From: Aggregatimonas sp.
Lineage (GTDB): Bacteria > Bacteroidota > Bacteroidia > Flavobacteriales > Flavobacteriaceae
DNA: 64,000 nucleotides
Assembly (NCBI GenBank): GCA_965238025.1
Contig: OZ250162.1
Location: forward strand, 969,288 to 1,033,287
Reading direction: 5' to 3'
Below the pieces are notes generated by a model. The model was not told the origin of the DNA, ran no database searches, and saw only the letters and a program-made list of their open reading frames with translations. This document shows, piece by piece, positions 58,395-64,000 of the stretch; within the stretch, counting starts at the first letter, position 1, and each line of letters opens with the position of its first letter. Both the position numbers and the translations under genes were made by a program.

Positions 58395-58868
58395 TTAATT
58401 AAAAGTTTTACTCAATTTTTCCCAGTTTTTGTCTGCTCCCGCAACAAGTTTATTGTGGTCTTTTTCATCCAACCATAATTGTTGGGCATCTAGGTTAAGA
58501 TCATATAAGAAAAGAAAATACTTTCCATCCTTTACAATAAATTTGTTGGGGTCTGGTCTAAATTTAGCTCCAGCATAAGTCCCGAAGGCGCAAAAACCAC
58601 CATACTGAGGTTTATACTTGTTGGGGTTCTTATCAAAGGTCGCTTTTTGTTCCGCAGAAGTGAAATAGTAGGTTATCTTTTCGTGTACAGATTTATGTTC
58701 TTTTAATCCTTTTTGGGCAATTCCCAAATCTAAATATGACACCGGGCTATACCCTTGTAAGTGTATGGTGCTATTATCTACGTTATTTGCCATTCTATCT
58801 TGGGCAAATGTGCTGGTACTTACAACTAGGGCAAGCGCCAAGACTGTGGTTTTGATTAAATTTTTCAT
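58395..58868 (-). CDS. YHS domain-containing (seleno)protein-like
   Basis: GYSPVSY, YYFTSAEQKATFDKNPNKYKPQYGGFCAFG motifs. Confidence 0.85.
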   Translation of the reverse strand: MKNLIKTTVLALALVVSTSTFAQDRMANNVDNSTIHLQGYSPVSYLDLGIAQKGLKEHKSVHEKITYYFTSAEQKATFDKNPNKYKPQYGGFCAFGTYAGAKFRPDPNKFIVKDGKYFLFLYDLNLDAQQLWLDEKDHNKLVAGADKNWEKLSKTFN

Positions 58869-58912
58869 TTTGTTTCTATTATTTTAATAATTAAATCTTT
58901 ATTCCTTTTTTA

Positions 58913-59269
58913 TTATTCTGCATTGAAGTATTCTTCCTGAATTACCTTTCCTTCATCATTCCATATACGTCGAATAATCTCATGCCAGTAAATCTTACTG
59001 CCATCTTTCATATCAAAATCGAATGTGAATTCTGATGCCGATACGTTTCCTTCTACAATTGAATGATGGAGTGTAATGCCATTTACAGCGGCAATGGATC
59101 CGGCAAAACCTTCCATTTTTGCAACCATTCCCGCTTTATCAGAAGTTGTTCCTCCCTGACCGTGATCAGAGGTTGTCGCACTTTCTGCGAAGAATTGCTT
59201 AACTGCGTCTACGACCGCACCCGTTAATACTACGGCGTCCATTTTTTGTACTTGTTCTTTGATATTCAT
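58913..59269 (-). CDS. SnoaL/NTF2-like protein, copy 1
   Basis: 118 aa; near-identical paralog 2.4 kb away. Confidence 0.82.
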   Translation of the reverse strand: MNIKEQVQKMDAVVLTGAVVDAVKQFFAESATTSDHGQGGTTSDKAGMVAKMEGFAGSIAAVNGITLHHSIVEGNVSASEFTFDFDMKDGSKIYWHEIIRRIWNDEGKVIQEEYFNAE

Positions 59270-59341
59270 CTTTTTGTTTTTAGTGATTAATACACTGCAA
59301 AGATGAAGGGGAAGTGAAGTTTGATTGCTACAAAAAAAGCG

Positions 59342-60394
59342 CTATAAATTGTACTTTTTTGATTTGAATTCGGAAGGAGTCTTGCCTGTATAATGCCTAA
59401 AGAAATTTGAAAAATGGTTGGGTTCCTCAAAACCCATCTGATAAGCAACTTCATTAACGGGGACATTTTCGGCCAGTCGCAATTTAGAGGAACTTATGAG
59501 TTCACTACGGATTAATTGACCCAATGAACTATTCAACTTATTTCGGGTCTTTTTGGAAAGTGTTTTTACAGAGAGGTTCATCTTGTCCGCATAAAATCCT
59601 AAAGAACGCTCTTCTTTATGATGGGATTGTATCAAATCGATAATGTCCTGAACAAAGGTGTCCCGTCTTTCAAAATCGAAATTAGAACGAAACTCAGATG
59701 GGGTGTTGCCTGTCGTGTTTTTAAATACCCTATTAAAGTATGCGGCATCTTTATAGCCCATCTCATACGAAATTTCCTGTATGTTTTTATCAGTAAAGGC
59801 TATTTTACGTTTGCTTTCTACCAATCTTTTTTTACCTAAAAGCTTACTGACGGACAAGCCAATCTTTTTGTTCACCAAGGCCTGGGCATCAACCCCATTT
59901 TCACTGATCAACTTGACCAGATCAGCACTCGTCAAACGGTTCGGAAACTGCTCGTCTATTACTTCCTTAACATCAAAGATGATTTGATACTCGCTTTTGT
60001 TCGCCTTAAAAGGGTTTTGCCAATACCATTGCTTTGCCGAAATGTCGATAATCTCTTGGGTATTCTCAGAAAAAAGAGAAGTGTCAAGAAATCTTTGGCA
60101 TTCTGTACATTCTTCGAAATCAATATATCCCAAGGATATTAAATGTTTAAAAAGAACACGTACTTCCTTATTCCTAAAAACTGTTTCGTTTGGGAATTCT
60201 ATTTTACGGACTATGAAATCATCGGACAGAAACTTAATGTATTGTCCTTTTTCGAGGTAAATTGCCCTATCCTGCCAATCAAAATAATTTTCAAAATCAA
60301 CCTGTATATTCCCCCTTCCTGAAAGGATGTGTATTAAGGTATATTTATCTATAAAATAGACCTTGTCAATTTCGGGAAGAAGCTTTGTAACCAC
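59342..60394 (-). CDS. AraC family transcriptional regulator with two AraC HTH domains
   Basis: IQEISYEMGYKDAAYFNRVFK...TPSEFR and VNEVAYQMGFEEPNHFSNFFR...TPSEFK. Confidence 0.9.
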   Translation of the reverse strand: MVTKLLPEIDKVYFIDKYTLIHILSGRGNIQVDFENYFDWQDRAIYLEKGQYIKFLSDDFIVRKIEFPNETVFRNKEVRVLFKHLISLGYIDFEECTECQRFLDTSLFSENTQEIIDISAKQWYWQNPFKANKSEYQIIFDVKEVIDEQFPNRLTSADLVKLISENGVDAQALVNKKIGLSVSKLLGKKRLVESKRKIAFTDKNIQEISYEMGYKDAAYFNRVFKNTTGNTPSEFRSNFDFERRDTFVQDIIDLIQSHHKEERSLGFYADKMNLSVKTLSKKTRNKLNSSLGQLIRSELISSSKLRLAENVPVNEVAYQMGFEEPNHFSNFFRHYTGKTPSEFKSKKYNL

Positions 60395-60496
60395 AATTTA
60401 TCGATTTAGAAGATTTAGTCGAAAAAAGAAAAGGCGCTAACAACAGATTAAGATAATCATAATTCTTTTTGAATTCGTTTTTAAGGAAAGGTAAAA

Positions 60497-61168
60497 CTAT
60501 TTTTTGCCCCCTACTATCAGTACAATTTCTCCCTTTGGCGGCTTTTCAGTATAGTGTTTTAATACCTTAACAGCGGTACCTCGAACCGTTTCTTCATATA
60601 GTTTGGTAAGTTCCCGAGAAACCGAAACAGGTCTATCGGCCCCAAAATACTCCACCAATTGTCCTAAGGTTTTCAATAATTTATGGGGGGATTCATAGAA
60701 GATAATGGTGCGTGTTTCCTCAGCCAATAAAAGAAGACGTGTTTGCCTACCTTTTTTTACGGGAAGGAATCCCTCGAAAACAAATTTATCATTAGGGAGA
60801 CCACTATTGACCAAAGCGGGCACAAAGGCGGTTGCCCCCGGAAGGCAATCAACTTCAATATTATTTTTCACGCAGGCGCGGGTCAATAAAAATCCCGGGT
60901 CCGAGATTGCTGGAGTTCCGGCGTCGGAAATCAGCGCCATAACTTCACCAGCTTGTATCCTTTTAATCAGCCCATCAACCGTTTTATGCTCATTATGCAT
61001 ATGATGGCTTTGCATGGGAGTTTCAATTTCAAAGTGCTGCAAAAGCTTACCGCTTGTTCGGGTATCTTCCGCCAAGATAAGATCGACCTCTTTTAAAACG
61101 CGAATGGCGCGCAGGGTCATGTCCTCTAAATTGCCTATTGGTGTAGGTACCAGAAATAGTTTACCCAT
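60497..61168 (-). CDS. rsmI: 16S rRNA (cytidine1402-2'-O)-methyltransferase
   Basis: VPTPIGNLEDMTLRA, AEDTR, ISDAGTPAISDPG, FYESPHK, RELTKLYEE motifs. Confidence 0.96.
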   Translation of the reverse strand: MGKLFLVPTPIGNLEDMTLRAIRVLKEVDLILAEDTRTSGKLLQHFEIETPMQSHHMHNEHKTVDGLIKRIQAGEVMALISDAGTPAISDPGFLLTRACVKNNIEVDCLPGATAFVPALVNSGLPNDKFVFEGFLPVKKGRQTRLLLLAEETRTIIFYESPHKLLKTLGQLVEYFGADRPVSVSRELTKLYEETVRGTAVKVLKHYTEKPPKGEIVLIVGGKK

Positions 61169-61175
61169 AATCGAA

Positions 61176-61532
61176 TTAAGGCCTAACGGTCTTTCCTAAA
61201 AAATATGAAGTAAGCAATAACACCAAGGCCATCAGTGCGCCAAATTGTTCTCCATCCCCGACCATAAGGTGCGCGAAGAAAGCCAATACAAAATTAAAGA
61301 AGAAACCGGCATAAGCCCATTGCTTTAAGTGCCTTCCAAAATTGGTCAAAATAACTATCAGACCTGAAATTTTCAAGACCGCCAAAGGGTATATGATATA
61401 GGTGGGATAGCCCAAAGCGGTAAACGCTTTTACAATTTCACCATGATTGAAAAGGTACATTCCTGCAGAAAAAAGAACCATTAAGGCTAATAAGATCGTA
61501 ACTATCCAATAAATTATTTTTTGCGTCTTCAT
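61176..61532 (-). CDS. DoxX-like family membrane protein
   Basis: LGYPTY...LKQWAYAGFFFNFVLAFFAH motifs. Confidence 0.85.
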   Translation of the reverse strand: MKTQKIIYWIVTILLALMVLFSAGMYLFNHGEIVKAFTALGYPTYIIYPLAVLKISGLIVILTNFGRHLKQWAYAGFFFNFVLAFFAHLMVGDGEQFGALMALVLLLTSYFLGKTVRP

Positions 61533-61640
61533 AAAATGGTTTTAATGTCTTTAAATATAATGAATACCTTTAAAATATGTTCGAACGAAAATACCCCGAT
61601 AGCTTCTGTCGGGGTAACACTAGGTTTTATTTGGTTTGAT

Positions 61641-62330
61641 TTATGAAAACTTCCGCTCTATCAATTCCATAAAACGCTCCTCGTATTCTTCTTTGCCTTC
61701 CCAATTACTATGGTCAGGTTTAACCATGTTCGTAATGAACGCAACCGAACGTTCGTGAGAATCTATGGTTTTTAATTGAGACAATACTCGATTATAATCC
61801 TCCGTACTCCCTCCGAACAAATGCTTTACAAAGGCCAGTCGGTTATTCAAATCTATTTTAATGTCTTTAGTGCTTAATTTGTCGTTTAAGGATTTTGATT
61901 TCGTTTCGGCTTGGGTCTCACTAGTTTTAGGGGGCATAAATAACTCCTTGTCATTTTTTAGATAATTAGGTGTTCCAAGAAATTCCGATAAAACTTCATC
62001 TATTGGGGTGTCATTTGGCATTTCGGACACCATATCCTTGATGGTGTCAATTCCCGGGGTCATAATGTCTTCTTGATGCGGATTACTTTCGGGTACCGAT
62101 GTGTTTTCATTAAGCACTGCATTGGCCATTTTCTCAAATCTTTCGGCAATCACATTTTTAGAAACGTCAATTTCTATGTCGTTCAATTTCTCTTCAATGA
62201 ACTTGAGAACGGCGAGTTTTTCGTACAACAGCCTAGCGGATTCATACTGTTCAGAGATACTATCCTTATCGCTATGAACAATAATATCCGTACATAATTT
62301 TCGAAGTTCTTCCTTTAATTTTTTCTTCAT
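61641..62330 (-). CDS. conserved hypothetical protein
   Basis: 229 aa; C-terminal SLNDKL...IDLNNRLAFVKHLFGG pattern. Confidence 0.75.
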   Translation of the reverse strand: MKKKLKEELRKLCTDIIVHSDKDSISEQYESARLLYEKLAVLKFIEEKLNDIEIDVSKNVIAERFEKMANAVLNENTSVPESNPHQEDIMTPGIDTIKDMVSEMPNDTPIDEVLSEFLGTPNYLKNDKELFMPPKTSETQAETKSKSLNDKLSTKDIKIDLNNRLAFVKHLFGGSTEDYNRVLSQLKTIDSHERSVAFITNMVKPDHSNWEGKEEYEERFMELIERKFS

Positions 62331-62446
62331 CGGTCTAAGATTTAAACTCTCTCTGAGTTCTACTCAAAAGTTGTGCCTTTTTTGTTAATTTTATGCTTGC
62401 TGAAAGAAGAACGAAAAAAGAGCCTACTTTCGTCTAAAATTACAAA

Positions 62447-63091
62447 ATGTTTCTCGAAAATACTGTTAACCACAAAGAACAATTCGGTTGGATCGAAGTT
62501 ATCTGCGGCTCTATGTTTTCGGGTAAGACCGAAGAGTTGATACGACGATTAAAGCGTGCGCAATTTGCGAAACAAAAGGTTGAAATCTTTAAACCTATGG
62601 TCGATACACGCTATAATGAGGAGATGGTGGTCTCGCACGATGCCAATGAAATCCGATCTACGCCTGTACCGGCTGCTGCGAATATTCGAATTTTAGGCGA
62701 TACTTGTGATGTGGTCGGAATTGATGAAGCCCAATTCTTTGATGATGAAATCGTAACGGTCTGTAACGACCTTGCGAATAAAGGCGTTAGGGTGGTCGTA
62801 GCAGGACTGGATATGGACTTTAAAGGCAATCCTTTTGGCCCAATGCCTGCCCTTATGGCCACGGCGGAATATGTGACCAAAGTACATGCCGTCTGCACTC
62901 GAACAGGTAATTTAGCTAACTTCAGTTTCCGAAAATCTAAAGATGAAAACTTGGTGCTACTCGGAGAAACAGGGGAATATGAGCCGCTAAGCCGCGCTGC
63001 TTTTTACAAGGCCATGTTAAAAGAAAAAGTTAAAGAGATGCCCGTTCAAATAGAGGAAATCGTATCAAACACCAAAAAATCGAATGGCTAA
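62447..63091 (+). CDS. tdk: thymidine kinase
   Basis: [31 protein letters not shown] motifs. Confidence 0.96.
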   Translation: MFLENTVNHKEQFGWIEVICGSMFSGKTEELIRRLKRAQFAKQKVEIFKPMVDTRYNEEMVVSHDANEIRSTPVPAAANIRILGDTCDVVGIDEAQFFDDEIVTVCNDLANKGVRVVVAGLDMDFKGNPFGPMPALMATAEYVTKVHAVCTRTGNLANFSFRKSKDENLVLLGETGEYEPLSRAAFYKAMLKEKVKEMPVQIEEIVSNTKKSNG

Positions 63092-64000
63092 AGCTGAGGA
63101 GACTGTTCTGGAAATTAACCTTAGTGCATTAGAACACAACTATCGCTTTTTAAAACAACAGATACAGTCTGAAACTAAGTTTTTGGCTGTGGTGAAGGCA
63201 TTCGCCTATGGTAGCGATGCCGAACGAATCGCCCTTAAAATGGATGCCCTCGGTGTCGATTACTTTGCGGTCGCCTACACTAAGGAAGGAGTGGCGCTTC
63301 GGAATGCTGGTATTAGCAAACCTATTTTGGTCCTGCACTCGCAACCAGCACATTTTGATGAAATCATCGAGCGTTGTTTAGAGCCTAGTATATATTCACA
63401 CAGAATTTTGACTGGCTTTTTAGACACGGCCAAAAGCCATGGTCAGGTAAACTACCCCATACATCTCAAGTTCAACACCGGACTAAACCGTTTAGGGTTT
63501 TGGGAGAATGATGTTGATGCTATATCAGATCAACTAAAGAACCGGGAAGAACTAAAAGTAATTTCCATTTTCTCCCATTTAGCCGCTTCCGAAGATATAA
63601 ATGAAGTTAATTTTACGCGAGGGCAGATAACTACATTTGAAAAGATCGTGCAAGAATTAGATACCCGCTTGGGATATCGCCCTTTTAAACATTTGCTGAA
63701 TACTTCGGGTGTCCTGAATTACCCAGAAGCACAATATGATATGGTTCGCTGCGGGATAGGTTTATTCGGTTATGGGAATCATCCTGATATAGATGCAAAA
63801 TTGAAACCTGTAGCTACCTTGAAAACCGTGATTTCCCAAATTCATAAAATAGAACCGGGGGAAACGGTTGGTTACAATCGGGCGTTTACCTCAGAAAACT
63901 ATCGCGTAACCGCAACATTACCCTTAGGCCATGCCGATGGTATTGGAAGGCAATATGGCAACGGAAAAACATATGTAACCGTTAATGGCGAAAAAGCATA
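63084..64000 (+). CDS. alr: alanine racemase (runs off the window end)
   Basis: [48 protein letters not shown] motifs. Confidence 0.93.
   Translation, partial: MAKAEETVLEINLSALEHNYRFLKQQIQSETKFLAVVKAFAYGSDAERIALKMDALGVDYFAVAYTKEGVALRNAGISKPILVLHSQPAHFDEIIERCLEPSIYSHRILTGFLDTAKSHGQVNYPIHLKFNTGLNRLGFWENDVDAISDQLKNREELKVISIFSHLAASEDINEVNFTRGQITTFEKIVQELDTRLGYRPFKHLLNTSGVLNYPEAQYDMVRCGIGLFGYGNHPDIDAKLKPVATLKTVISQIHKIEPGETVGYNRAFTSENYRVTATLPLGHADGIGRQYGNGKTYVTVNGEKA

Overview
Chromosomal window from a marine-type Flavobacteriaceae (Bacteroidota; TAnnTTTG promoters, OmpA-TSP3, AddAB-type genes). The flanks (1-17.2 kb and 33.2-64 kb) are mostly housekeeping genes: fabF, acpP, purN, rnhA, purF, sod, addA/addB-like, kbl, ompA, a LytS/LytTR pair, queD, lpxH, recJ, ndh, rsmI, tdk and alr. 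The centre (17.26-33.13 kb) is a translation-damage/RNA-repair island. Its proteins are a WYL regulator, an HD hydrolase, two RlaP-type nucleotidyltransferases, two RtcB ligases (one paired with PrfH), two HEPN-motif proteins, a TPR protein and a slipin. Its RNAs are a 16-tRNA array and about 1.5 kb of ORF-free structured sequence: a tRNA shell with a ~135-nt insert, a ~800-nt GOLLD-like RNA and circularly permuted tRNA-like elements. The sequence suggests two control circuits for the island: three palindromic operators each exactly 8 bp upstream of a weak -7 box, and four His7-Ile8 leader-peptide/terminator attenuators tied to an ungapped duplicated promoter. Outside the island there are four sibling ~70-nt sRNA-like units between purF and sod, a two-promoter LytTR direct-repeat regulon and a recent SnoaL gene+promoter duplication. 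All family assignments come from recognising motifs by eye; no database searches were run.
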